Origin: Treponemataceae bacterium
GTDB taxonomy: Bacteria; Spirochaetota; Spirochaetia; Treponematales; Rectinemataceae
DNA: 64,000 nt
Reading direction: 5' to 3'
Assembly (NCBI GenBank): GCA_963667725.2
Contig: CAXXHO010000007.1
Location: 59,434 to 123,433, forward strand
Each line of letters opens with the position of its first letter. The stretch's first letter is position 1. A program made the translations under genes and the position numbers. Below, piece by piece: positions 49,375-59,175 of the stretch. The notes below the pieces were generated by a model. It did not search any database and had not been told where the DNA came from. It saw only the letters and a program-made list of their open reading frames with translations.

Positions 49375-50694
49375 CTATTCCTTCTCCCCCGCCACCGCCT
49401 GGAGGCCCCGCCGCGCCAGGGTTCTATCCTCGACGCGGCCCAGGACCCAGAGCAGCCCCGCGGCGAGCGCGGCCACCGCCCCGATCAGGGGCCACACGGT
49501 TCCGAGCCCCCTGGCGTCGATCAGGTTGCCGATCACCGGCGCGCTGATGGTCCAGCCTATGCCGCCGATGAAGGGCAGTACGGCCTGGAAACGCCCGCGG
49601 TGCGAGATCGGGGTGTGGTTGGCGGCGTAGGCGCCCTCGTTCGTCGCGTTCACGATCTCCCCGAGCGTCCACAGGATGGTCGACGCGTAGAGCAGGACGA
49701 GGTTGTTCGAGAGGCCTATCATGCCGAAGCCGAAGGCGTAGAAAACCCCAGCCAAGGCGACCGCGTTTATCGGCTTCCACTTTTTCGTGATGGCCATCGT
49801 CGGGGTCGAGAGGAAGATGACGAGGACCGCGTTCAAGGTCATGCAGGTGCCGAAGATCGCCGCGCCCGAGGCGCCGAAGAAGGCCTTGGTCTGCAGGGGC
49901 AAGGCGAAACGGTGCTGGGCGTACACGAAGCCGTACCAGGTCGTGATCATCGTGAAGACGATCAGGAAGGGGCGCGACATCAGCGCCTGGACGAGGGTGC
50001 CGCGGTGCGCCTCCTCGGTGCTTCCGCTGCCGATGGTGGCGTCGATCTGCTCCTGCGTCGGCTTGGTCTCCGGCACCTTGGCCCCCACGATGGCCGTGGC
50101 CGCGAACACGGCGAGGGCGTTGCCCCAAAACAGCCACGACGACGCGTGCTCGAAGAGGAAGCCCGCGATGAGCGATCCCACCGCGAACCCCAGGTTGTGG
50201 CCGAGGTAGGTCAGCGAGAAGGCCGTGCGCCTGTTCTCGGGCGTGGTGAGGTCCGTCATCATCGCCGTCCTGGCGGGATCGGTGATGCCGTCGAAGAGCA
50301 CCGAGGCGAGGATGAGCCAGGGCACGTAGTTCGAGAACGCAGCGAAGCCGCAGGGGATGTAGAGCGCCGCCGAGATCAGCTGCGCGATCACCATGAGCTT
50401 CTTGCGGCCGAACTTGTCGGCGATCTTGCCGCCGATGTAGTTGCCCGGGATGTAGATGATGGAGATGACGAACATGAAGTTTCCCGCGGCGCTCTGTGTC
50501 ATGCCGAGCCTGCCCGTCAGGTAGAGCGTCATGAAGGGGAAGACGAAGATGCCCACCGAGTTGACGACGGTGGCCAGGAAGAGCGTGTAGAGCGGCTTGG
50601 GAAGTCCCCGGTAGACTCCGAAGAGGCCGGAGAGTCTCCGGCGCAGGGCCGTGACGTGGCCGCCTTGTGTTGTGCCGATGGCGTTGCTGCCCAT
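49375..50694 (-). CDS. MFS transporter
   Basis: About 12 TM helices; motif A GGKIADKFGRK; GGGAG SD before ATG 50694. Confidence 0.9.
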   Translation of the reverse strand: MGSNAIGTTQGGHVTALRRRLSGLFGVYRGLPKPLYTLFLATVVNSVGIFVFPFMTLYLTGRLGMTQSAAGNFMFVISIIYIPGNYIGGKIADKFGRKKLMVIAQLISAALYIPCGFAAFSNYVPWLILASVLFDGITDPARTAMMTDLTTPENRRTAFSLTYLGHNLGFAVGSLIAGFLFEHASSWLFWGNALAVFAATAIVGAKVPETKPTQEQIDATIGSGSTEEAHRGTLVQALMSRPFLIVFTMITTWYGFVYAQHRFALPLQTKAFFGASGAAIFGTCMTLNAVLVIFLSTPTMAITKKWKPINAVALAGVFYAFGFGMIGLSNNLVLLYASTILWTLGEIVNATNEGAYAANHTPISHRGRFQAVLPFIGGIGWTISAPVIGNLIDARGLGTVWPLIGAVAALAAGLLWVLGRVEDRTLARRGLQAVAGEKE

Positions 50695-51002
50695 ATTGAT
50701 TACTCCCGCGCGGACGCGGTGCCGTTTCGGGCGCTGAAAGCCGTCCGAAATGATACTTGCGTGGTTATCGCAACCGGATTGTGTGGGGTACGGGGCGCTT
50801 GGGGAAATGCAGGAAAGGGGGTGTGCTTTTCTGTACTCGAGCCCTAAGCAGCGGCGCGTACGGTTCGGATCGAGGTATTGTTGTTCACCATATACTGCTT
50901 CGGCTCCTTTCGTTAATATTTTCCCGATACTGACAGGTTTCCATGATATAGTCAAGGCGATTTCGCCATGGGCTGCGCCATGAGAGATGGCAGGAGGAAG
51001 CT

Positions 51003-51341
51003 ATGGATTCGCTGTTTTTCCCCGACGGGGCGCTCGCGCTCGATACGATCGATCCCGGCAAGGTGACGCGGAAGGTGAGGGCGCACGGCGACAGGACCAT
51101 GATCGTCGAGGTGTTCTTCGAGACAGGGGCGGTGGGGTCCGAGCACGCGCATCCCCACGAGCAGCTTTCGTACTGCCTCGGGGGCGAGTTCGATTTCTTC
51201 ATCGAGGGGAAGGTCAGGCCCATGCGCGCGGGCGACAGCATCCTCATTCCCGGAGGCGCGCGGCACGGGGTGAAGTGCCTGGCGAAAGGCAGGCTGCTGG
51301 ACGTGTTCTCGCCGCCGCGCGAGGATTTCCTGTCGCGTTGA
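51003..51341 (+). CDS. Cupin domain protein (KdgF-like)
   Basis: H.HPHEQ; GDS..IP....HG; LLDVFSP.REDF. Confidence 0.88.
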   Translation: MDSLFFPDGALALDTIDPGKVTRKVRAHGDRTMIVEVFFETGAVGSEHAHPHEQLSYCLGGEFDFFIEGKVRPMRAGDSILIPGGARHGVKCLAKGRLLDVFSPPREDFLSR

Positions 51342-51444
51342 GCGATTGAGCGGCGAAAGCGGCGGCCGAGGGTGCGGCTCCGGCCGCCGCCGCGTTATCC
51401 GCGCGACCTTGCCTAAGGGCGCCCGGCCGGCTAGAATTGACTCC

Positions 51445-52311
51445 ATGAAAGGTATCATCGTCGCCGCGGGCTACGGTACGCGCTTCCTGCCGGTCACCAA
51501 GACCGTGCCGAAGGAGCTCCTGCCCGTCGGCCTCAAGCCGAGCATCGCGTACATCGTCGACGAGTTCGTCGCCTCGGGAATAACCGACATCATCATAATC
51601 TCCTCGAGGCGCAAGAAGGCGCTCGAGGACTATTTCGACCGCGAGATCGAGCTGGAGGGCGTCTTCGCGAGGGAGGGCGCCGCCGCCAAGCTCTCCCTCA
51701 TCGAACCGCCCGCCGCGCGCATCGCCTTTGTGCGCCAGACGACCATGATGGGCACCGGCCACGCCCTCCTGCAGGTCAGGAGCCTCGTCGGCGGCGAGCC
51801 CTGCGTGGTGGCCTATCCCGACGACCTCGTCGTGGGCGGCCGGCCGCTGACCCTTCAGCTCATCGATGTCTATCGCGCGACGGGAAAATGCGTGCTCTCG
51901 ACGATCTTCGAGCCGGGCGACGTTTCCCGCTACGGCATCGTCGATCCCGAGCCCGACGGCATCGGCGTGCGCGGCTTCGTCGAAAAGCCCGCCAGGGGCG
52001 CCGAGCCGAGCCACGAGGTGTCGATAGGCCGCTATCTCTACACGCCGGAATTCTTCGATTTCGTCGAGGAGGGCTGGGTGAGGCACGGCGAGGGCGAATA
52101 CTACCACACCTACGCTTTGGGCAGGATGATCGAGGCGGGCAAGGTGGCCTTCAAGCGCGCGGAGGGGCGGCGCCTGGACACGGGCGACCCGGCGGGATAC
52201 CTGGAGGCCGTCCTCTACACCGCCGCGCGCGATCCGGCGCTCAAGCCCGCGTTGGACGCTTTCGTGGCCTCGTACGCGGCGGACGGAATAGAAGGAGAGG
52301 ACAGGCTATGA
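51445..52311 (+). CDS. galU: UTP--glucose-1-phosphate uridylyltransferase
   Basis: AAGYGTRFLP.TK..PKE.LP; VRQ....GTGHA; YG; VEKP; GRY. Confidence 0.88.
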   Translation: MKGIIVAAGYGTRFLPVTKTVPKELLPVGLKPSIAYIVDEFVASGITDIIIISSRRKKALEDYFDREIELEGVFAREGAAAKLSLIEPPAARIAFVRQTTMMGTGHALLQVRSLVGGEPCVVAYPDDLVVGGRPLTLQLIDVYRATGKCVLSTIFEPGDVSRYGIVDPEPDGIGVRGFVEKPARGAEPSHEVSIGRYLYTPEFFDFVEEGWVRHGEGEYYHTYALGRMIEAGKVAFKRAEGRRLDTGDPAGYLEAVLYTAARDPALKPALDAFVASYAADGIEGEDRL

Positions 52312-53120
52312 TCGTAGGCATCGATATAGGCGGAACGACGACGAAAATAGTCGGGCTCGGCCCGGCGCGCGAAAGGATATGCGCTTCCGTGAAGGCGAGC
52401 GATCCCATCGCCTCCGCCGCGGGGGCGATCGGCAAGTTCCTCTCCGTGGCCGACAAGAAGATGGGCGATATCACCCGGCTCGCGGTGACGGGCGTGGGCT
52501 CGGCCGCGTTGGGCGACGAAGTCCTCGGCATAAGGGCCGAGCACGTCGAGGAATTCCAGGCCATCGGCCTGGGCGGGCTGGATCTCGCGGAGGCGACGAG
52601 GGCCCTCGTGGTGTCGGTGGGCACGGGCACGGCCATCGTGCAGGCCGAGGGGCGTAAGGCCCGCCATTTGGGCGGCTCCGGCGTGGGCGGCGGCACCATC
52701 CTCGGACTGGGGAAGGCTCTGGCGGGCATCACGGACTTCGACACGCTCGCGCTGGCCGCCTCCCGCGGCGACGTCAAGGGCGTCGACCTCACGATCGGCG
52801 AGATATCGAAACGCGCGGTGGGCACGATGACGCGCGACGTGACGGCCTCCAACTTCGGCAAGATGGCCGACAACCCCTCGGGGGACGATTTCGCCGCGGG
52901 CATCGTCAACATGGTCTTCCAGACCGTGGGCATGCTGGCCTACTTCGCGGCGCGCGCCGAGCGCGACGACACCATCGTCGTCGTTGGAAACACGATGCAG
53001 ATCCCCTCCTCCCGCGATGTCCTGGACAAGCTCTACCCGATTTTCGGCGTGCGGTTCCTGGTGCCGCAGCTCGCGTCTTACGCCACGGCATTGGGCGCCG
53101 CGCTCTACTTGAGCGAGTGA
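52308..53120 (+). CDS. coaW: Type II pantothenate kinase (CoaW/Fumble-like)
   Basis: GIDIGGTTTK; TGVG; EF.A...G; GTGT; GGSGVGGGT; VDL.I..I; ASNFGK. Confidence 0.8.
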   Translation: MIVGIDIGGTTTKIVGLGPARERICASVKASDPIASAAGAIGKFLSVADKKMGDITRLAVTGVGSAALGDEVLGIRAEHVEEFQAIGLGGLDLAEATRALVVSVGTGTAIVQAEGRKARHLGGSGVGGGTILGLGKALAGITDFDTLALAASRGDVKGVDLTIGEISKRAVGTMTRDVTASNFGKMADNPSGDDFAAGIVNMVFQTVGMLAYFAARAERDDTIVVVGNTMQIPSSRDVLDKLYPIFGVRFLVPQLASYATALGAALYLSE

Positions 53121-53175
53121 TCGGGGCGTCGCTTCCCAACAATGGGAAAATTTTTCCTATTCTTGAACAGAACGG

Positions 53176-53212
53176 AGGGCGCCGCGCGGCTGAAGCGCGG
53201 CGCCTCTTTTTT
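53176..53212 (+). terminator. Intrinsic terminator after galU-coaW
   Basis: GCGCCGCGC/GCGCGGCGC stem followed by CTC-T6. Confidence 0.75.
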
Positions 53213-53354
53213 ATAAAATATTACCGCTAAAGCAATAATATTTTCCTATCAACATTGGCATGCGCCTTGCATAATGATTCTCGCGGCGGAAAACGCGACG
53301 GGCTTGCCCCGCGCCGATGAGGCTTCGAGCCGTCTCGCCGCGAAGGATGTACTT

Positions 53355-53603
53355 ATGCACGGTTATTACGGATTTCCCGGATGGGGAGGGGTGCCCATGG
53401 CGGGGTTCCCTTGGATGTCGGCCATCACCTGGGCGCTCGGGCTCGCGCTTCTCGCGGCGATCGTCTATTTCGGGATCAGGGGGCGACGCATCGAGCCGAC
53501 GCGGAAGGATGAGGCGCTCGACATCCTCGCCGAGCGCTACGCCCGAGGCGAGCTTTCGAAGGATGAGTATCTCGAGGCGAGCGATGTGTTGAAGAAGCGT
53601 TGA
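53355..53603 (+). CDS. SHOCT-domain membrane protein
   Basis: Gly-rich N-terminus, TM helix, ALDILAERYARGELSKDEY. Confidence 0.85.
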   Translation: MHGYYGFPGWGGVPMAGFPWMSAITWALGLALLAAIVYFGIRGRRIEPTRKDEALDILAERYARGELSKDEYLEASDVLKKR

Positions 53604-53719
53604 GCCGGGCGCGGCAGAAAGAGGCGCCACATGGAATGGGCGGGCGAAGCTCAGACGCTCCGCCCGCCCGCCGGTGCGGCCGATGCCGGCCAGCCGGACG
53701 GGGGTGACGCCGCCCGGCC

Positions 53720-56185
53720 TCAGTCCACCGTTATGGACTTCGAGACGTTCTTGGGCGCGTCGGGATGCACGCCGTGCTCGGCGGCCCCGAGCGCGTCGAG
53801 CCACTCCATCTTCAGCACCGACATCCGGTACGCGAGGAACTGCAGCACGATCGTCGCGCCGAAAACGAAGAGGCAGGGGTCTTCGGCGTGGGGGATCTCG
53901 ATGTATTTCGACCAGTAGTCGTCCACGCCCATCGGCTTGCCCGCCGCGGCGAGGGCGAGGTCCTGCCGCTTCTCGGCGACGAGGATGATGTCGGCTCCCC
54001 TGATCTTGTGGGTGTGGATCTGGCTCACGGTGATGCGTTCGGCCCGCTCCTCCGGCGGGCAGACGAAGACGAGGGGATAGGCCGAGAAGATCGATTCGAT
54101 GAGTTCCGGACGCGCGGCGAGGATTTCTTCCCCCGAGAGACGCGCCAGCGAGGCGTCGCCCGCCGCCGAGGCCTTGTACCTATCCAGGAAGGCCGGAAGG
54201 TCGGCGACCGAGAGCAGGGTGTTCCTCCCCAGGATCGTATTCGGCCCATGCTTGAACTCCGCGGTGTCGTAGCCCTCGGTGTGGTTGAGCACGACCTCGC
54301 GGATCTTGAGGGCTCCCTCGCGCGCGAGCCCGATCAGGTCCGTGCCGAGTATGTGGATCGAGGGCTTGGCGAAGAGCCTCGCCGCCACGATCTCGATGTC
54401 GCCGGCGGTCGCCGCGACGCTGTCCTGCATGAGCCGCCGCGCCTGCAGAAGCTTTTCGCGCACCTCCTTCTCGGGCAGGGCGAATCCCGCCGCGGCGAGG
54501 TAGAGGATGGCGAGCTGGTTGGTGAAGGACTTTGTGGCCGCCACCGCGATCTCCGGGCCGCAGAGTATGGGCAGGTAGAAATCGGAGAGTTCCTGCGGTA
54601 TGCGCGAATTCTCGTTGTTGACGAGGCAGGCGCGGCGGACCCGCGGCTGGGCGGACTTCACGTCCTGGAAGATGTCGACCAGATCCTTGGTCTCGCCCGA
54701 TTGGGTGATGCCGAGGAGGAAATCGTCGGGCCTCAGGCTGGCCATGTACATCGAGCGGAAAATGCCGGGATTGCAGGGGTAGATCGGCAGGCGCGCGAGG
54801 GTGTTGAAGAAGTGGGCGGCGGTGAGGGCGGCGTGGTACGAGGTGCCGGAGGCTACGAAGTAGATCCGGCCGCCGGAACGGTTCGTCTCCGCCAGGGACG
54901 CCTTCAGCTCTCCCAGATAACGCAGCACGGCGCGCCGCTTGCGCCACACGAACGCCGCGTCCATCAGGGCCAAATCCGCGGCGCGCCGCGGTTCCAGGGT
55001 CCGCAGCTCCGCGAGCAGCTCCGCCTCGTCCGAGACGAAGGGTTCGCCGGCGGGGGGCTGCCTGCCCGCCGCCGCCACGCGCGCGGCCACGTCGGCCCAG
55101 GAGGGCGAGGCGAAGACCCCTTCCATCGATTCGGCGAGGAGGGCGTCGCCGAATTTCTCCGACAGGCCGGCCAGGGCGTCGGCCGACTCCTTGCACTCGT
55201 CCTTCCGGTCCTCGAAGATCTCGGCCAGCGCCTCGCCGCCCGGGTCGCGGAAATAATAGCGCAGGATCTGGTCCATGTTGGCCGGACTGGCGAGAATCTC
55301 CTGCTCCATGTAGTGCCGATAGCGCGGGTTGAGCTGCGTGTCCTTGACCGAGAGCTTGGAGCGCTTGAGCTTGGGCCGCGAGAACGCGGGCGCGCCGCGG
55401 AGATTGAAGACGAGGTAGCTGTCCTGCGTGAACCAGAGCCCTTCGCCCTCGGCGAGGGGGATGAGGGCGCGCGTCTTGGAGAGCACCGAGGTGAGGTCGG
55501 AGGATACGACGACGAAATCGCCGCGCGCGTCGGCGCCTACGCCCGCGTAGAGGGACGAGCCCGACTTGATGGCGAAGACGCCGGGGAGCTTGGGATCGGC
55601 CACCGCCGCCGCGTAGGAGCCTTCGGCGAGGGCTTCGGCCTTGCGTATGGCGTCCACCATCCGCAGCACGCCGTCGGGCACGCCGTCGCGCAGGCCGGAG
55701 GCGGCGTAGGCCTGGCGCATGCCCGCCAGGTCGGCGCTCGAAAGGGTCTTGTTCGCGGCGTAGTGCTCTTCGACGAGGTGGACGATTATTTCGCCGTCGT
55801 TGTCCGAAAGGACGGCGTGCCCCCGAGAGGAGAGCCACGCCTTCAGGCAGTCGGTGTTCGATATGTTGCCGTTGTGGGCCCCGACGAGTTCTATCTTGCA
55901 CTGCACGTGGTGGGGCTGGCTGTTGACATCGGTGACGGCGCCATAGGTCGCCCAGCGGACTTGGCCGATGAAGCGCTGCCCGGGCCTCTCGGCGATGCCG
56001 AGGGCGGGGCAGACTTTCGAAGGCGCCCCCGTCTTCTTGAGGAGGACGATTTTCCTCCGGTCGTCGATGAAGGACGCGCCGGTGGAATCGTAGCCCCGGT
56101 ATTCGAGCCTGCGAAGGAGCGCCTCGGCCTCCTTGCCCATGTCGGGATTTTCCTTTTCATAGATGAGAGAAACGATGCCGCACAT
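53720..56185 (-). CDS. glmS: Glutamine--fructose-6-phosphate aminotransferase, enlarged variant (821 aa)
   Basis: MCGI; LEYRGYDS.G; RWAT.G; HNG; GTSYHA; QSGET.D; GPEIAVAATKSF; KHGP; KSITVD. Confidence 0.88.
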   Translation of the reverse strand: MCGIVSLIYEKENPDMGKEAEALLRRLEYRGYDSTGASFIDDRRKIVLLKKTGAPSKVCPALGIAERPGQRFIGQVRWATYGAVTDVNSQPHHVQCKIELVGAHNGNISNTDCLKAWLSSRGHAVLSDNDGEIIVHLVEEHYAANKTLSSADLAGMRQAYAASGLRDGVPDGVLRMVDAIRKAEALAEGSYAAAVADPKLPGVFAIKSGSSLYAGVGADARGDFVVVSSDLTSVLSKTRALIPLAEGEGLWFTQDSYLVFNLRGAPAFSRPKLKRSKLSVKDTQLNPRYRHYMEQEILASPANMDQILRYYFRDPGGEALAEIFEDRKDECKESADALAGLSEKFGDALLAESMEGVFASPSWADVAARVAAAGRQPPAGEPFVSDEAELLAELRTLEPRRAADLALMDAAFVWRKRRAVLRYLGELKASLAETNRSGGRIYFVASGTSYHAALTAAHFFNTLARLPIYPCNPGIFRSMYMASLRPDDFLLGITQSGETKDLVDIFQDVKSAQPRVRRACLVNNENSRIPQELSDFYLPILCGPEIAVAATKSFTNQLAILYLAAAGFALPEKEVREKLLQARRLMQDSVAATAGDIEIVAARLFAKPSIHILGTDLIGLAREGALKIREVVLNHTEGYDTAEFKHGPNTILGRNTLLSVADLPAFLDRYKASAAGDASLARLSGEEILAARPELIESIFSAYPLVFVCPPEERAERITVSQIHTHKIRGADIILVAEKRQDLALAAAGKPMGVDDYWSKYIEIPHAEDPCLFVFGATIVLQFLAYRMSVLKMEWLDALGAAEHGVHPDAPKNVSKSITVD

Positions 56186-56250
56186 GATCGCCTCCCCCAT
56201 CGAGTATAACACGACTTTTCGCGCCCGTGGGGTTGGATGTAGTATGGGGC

Positions 56251-57009
56251 ATGTCCTTACAACCTTTCGAGACGAACTACGCCGTTCGGGGATACGACTG
56301 CAACTACGGAGGGCCGCTGAAGCCCCTCGCGCTCGCCAATTTCTTCCAGGAGTCCGCAGGCGACCACGCCACGAGGCTCGGCCTGGGCATGGAGGCCATG
56401 CTGGCCGCCGGCCACACCTGGATGCTCTCGAGGATCGATATCGAGATCGAGGATCTGCCCTGCGAGGGCGATATCGTCACCGTCAGGACTTGGCCCGCGG
56501 GCAACCGCCGCGTCTTCGCCATCCGCTACCTCGAGTTGGTGGCCGCCGACGGCCGGCGCCTGGCGGGAGCCCTCTACGAGTACATCATCATCGACCTCTC
56601 GGTGAGGAAGATCGTGCGGCCCGAACACGTGGTCGACGCGACGATCAAGATCGACCGCCCCGCGCCCTACGCCGACCTGGCGCCGGGTCTCCAGGACGCG
56701 GCCGGCTTTTCGCCGCCTCCCCCAGAGGGCTGGGATCGGGCTTACTCCATGGATGTCGGGCATCGCCACATCGACAACAACGGGCACGTCAACAACGCCC
56801 ACTTCGTGGACTGGCTCTGCGACGCCGTGCCTCCAGCGGGGCGGGGAACGGGCATCCCGTCGCGGATCAAGGTGGATTTCGTATCGGAAGTGGTGGCCGG
56901 CGATTCCGTCGCCGCCTGGTCGAAGCTCGACGGCGCCTCGGGGAGCCGCCTCTCGGTCCTGACGCGCGACGGGGCTGTCATGGCCAAAGCCCTGACCCGT
57001 TGGCGCTGA
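56251..57009 (+). CDS. Acyl-ACP thioesterase
   Basis: FQE.A..HA..LG; W.L.R; V.TWP; DNNGHVNN. Confidence 0.88.
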   Translation: MSLQPFETNYAVRGYDCNYGGPLKPLALANFFQESAGDHATRLGLGMEAMLAAGHTWMLSRIDIEIEDLPCEGDIVTVRTWPAGNRRVFAIRYLELVAADGRRLAGALYEYIIIDLSVRKIVRPEHVVDATIKIDRPAPYADLAPGLQDAAGFSPPPPEGWDRAYSMDVGHRHIDNNGHVNNAHFVDWLCDAVPPAGRGTGIPSRIKVDFVSEVVAGDSVAAWSKLDGASGSRLSVLTRDGAVMAKALTRWR

Positions 57010-57194
57010 TCGCCGCCGCTGATCATCACTGCGGGGCGGGTCCCGCCGACCCGGGCATTGACTGACGCCCTCAAGTTTATTAACTTTTCTTAATTTATTT
57101 ATACCGATGCGACGGTACTTCCGTCGCGAGACCCCCGCCGCGCCCGGTCCCCATGCCGCGGCGCGCGGAGAACTTCCAGCCCAAGGAGGCAACG

Positions 57195-58958
57195 ATGTCC
57201 GTAATCCGCCAGAACCCCGTGCCGAGCGATATCGATATCGCCCAGGCGGCCACGATACGGCCTATTTCCGAGATCGCCGGGCGCTACGGCATCGACGGCC
57301 GCTACCTCGAGCACTACGGCGTCGACAAGGCCAAGGTCAGCCTCGATTTTCTGACGGATCCCTCCGCGCCGGCCCGCCGGGCGAAATACATCGATGTCAC
57401 GGCCATCACGCCCACGCCCCTCGGCGAGGGCAAGACCACGACGACCGTCGGCCTCGTCCAGGGTTTCGGCGCCATAGGCAAAAAGGCGGTCGCGACGATC
57501 CGCCAGCCCTCCATGGGCCCGACCTTCGGCATCAAGGGCGGCGCGGCGGGCGGCGGCTACAGCCAGATCGTGCCCATGGCCGACTTCAACCTCCACCTGA
57601 CCGGCGACATCCACGCCGTGAGCGCCGCGCACAACCTCTGCGCCACCGCCCTCGACGCGCGCATGTACCACGAGAGCCGCTGGTCGGACGCCTATTTCGA
57701 GAAGCTCGGCCTCAAGAAGCTCAACATCGACCCCTTCAACGTGAATTGGCGGCGCGTGATGGACATGAACGACCGCGTCCTGCGCAAGATACTGGTCGGC
57801 ATGGGCGGACTCGAGAACGGCCCCCTGCGCGAGACGGGCTTCGACATATCGGTCGCCAGCGAGGTCATGGCGGTGCTCGCCCTCTCGACGAGCCTGGCAG
57901 ACCTCCGCGCGCGGCTGGGCAGGATCGTCGTCGCCCTGGACAGGTCGGGCAAGGCGATCACCGCCGAGGACCTCAAGGTGGCCGGCGCCATGACCATCCT
58001 CATGAAGGACGCCCTCAAGCCGAACATCCTCCAGACCCTGGAGGAGCAGCTGGCCTTCGTCCACGCGGGGCCCTTCGCGAACATCGCCCACGGCAACTCC
58101 TCGATCCTGGCCGACGACATGGCCAGCAGGGTCGCGGACTACGTGGTGACGGAGTCGGGATTCGGCGCCGACATGGGCTTCGAGAAATTCATGGACATAA
58201 AGTGCCGCGCCTCCGGCATGATGCCCGACGCGGTTGTCCTCGTGGCCACGGTCAGGGCGCTCAAGATGCACGGCGGCGGGCCCAAGGTCACGCCGGGCAA
58301 GCCCCTCGCGGCGGCCTACACGCACGAGGACTTGGCCCTCCTCGGGAAGGGGCTCGACAACCTGAGGGCCCACCTCGCCATCATCCGGAAATTCGGGTTG
58401 CCGGCCGTCGTGGCCATCAATTCCTTCCCCGGCGACACCGAGGCCGAGCACGGGCTGATCGTGGAAGCCGCCCTCGCCGCCGGCGCCAGCGGCGCCGTGG
58501 TCACGAAAAACTGGGCGGCTGGCGGCGAGGGCGCGGCCGAGCTCGCGCGCGCGGTCGAGGCCGCCGCCGCGACGCCTTCGAAGCCGACCTTCCTCTATCC
58601 CCTCGAAGCGTCGATAAAGGACAAGATCGGCGCCCTCGCGCGCGAAGTCTACGGCGCCGACCGCGTGGAATACTCGGCGGACGCCGAGGCGGCGATCGGC
58701 ACATACTCTGAGCTGGGCTACGGCAGCCTGCCGATCTGCATGGCAAAGACGCAGTACTCGCTCTCGCACGACCCGGCGCTCAAGAACGCACCGAAAGGCT
58801 ACGCCTTCCAGGTCAGCGACCTCCGCCTCGCCGCGGGCGCGGGCTTCATCTACCCGCTCTCCGGCGAGATCACCACCATGCCGGGCTTGCCCTCGCTGCC
58901 GGGCTACATGGGCATGGACATCGACACGGCTACGGGGCGCATCACGGGACTTTCCTGA
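57195..58958 (+). CDS. fhs: Formate--tetrahydrofolate ligase
   Basis: TPTPLGEGKTT; IKGGAAGGGYSQ; HAGPFANIAHG; CMAKTQYSLS; TMPGL. Confidence 0.97.
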   Translation: MSVIRQNPVPSDIDIAQAATIRPISEIAGRYGIDGRYLEHYGVDKAKVSLDFLTDPSAPARRAKYIDVTAITPTPLGEGKTTTTVGLVQGFGAIGKKAVATIRQPSMGPTFGIKGGAAGGGYSQIVPMADFNLHLTGDIHAVSAAHNLCATALDARMYHESRWSDAYFEKLGLKKLNIDPFNVNWRRVMDMNDRVLRKILVGMGGLENGPLRETGFDISVASEVMAVLALSTSLADLRARLGRIVVALDRSGKAITAEDLKVAGAMTILMKDALKPNILQTLEEQLAFVHAGPFANIAHGNSSILADDMASRVADYVVTESGFGADMGFEKFMDIKCRASGMMPDAVVLVATVRALKMHGGGPKVTPGKPLAAAYTHEDLALLGKGLDNLRAHLAIIRKFGLPAVVAINSFPGDTEAEHGLIVEAALAAGASGAVVTKNWAAGGEGAAELARAVEAAAATPSKPTFLYPLEASIKDKIGALAREVYGADRVEYSADAEAAIGTYSELGYGSLPICMAKTQYSLSHDPALKNAPKGYAFQVSDLRLAAGAGFIYPLSGEITTMPGLPSLPGYMGMDIDTATGRITGLS

Positions 58959-58975
58959 ACGTCGTGCCGGAGAAG

Positions 58976-59014
58976 GGGGCCGCTGGGCCCGCGATCCGCG
59001 GGCCCAGCGGCCCC
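58976..59014. repeat. Perfect 18-bp GC-rich hairpin after fhs (no U tract)
   Basis: GGGGCCGCTGGGCCCGCG-ATC-CGCGGGCCCAGCGGCCCC. Confidence 0.85.
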
Positions 59015-59175
59015 TGCTCCGCCTCCCCCGCAAGCAGCCGGCCGCGGCATCGGCGAAGCCTCGCGATCCGCCGATGTCCGGTGCCCTCCAGCCGGCCGCG
59101 CCCCTTCATCCGGCCGCTCCCTCCGCCCGCGCCAAAGCTTGACCGCGCCCCGGCTGAGTGCCATCATGTGCGGCC

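Noticed and set aside
50695..50900. tmRNA or T-box in the MFS leader
   Set aside because: The uORF ends in AAA* like a tag, but there are no tRNA-like ends; GGCACCGCG lacks the GGTGG T-box core and a terminator
57020..57190. ZTP or THF riboswitch upstream of fhs
   Set aside because: GCCGACCCGGGCA only loosely resembles the ZTP 3' stem, lies upstream of the likely promoter, and the conserved 5' domain is absent; only a simple hairpin at 57109-57127 is seen
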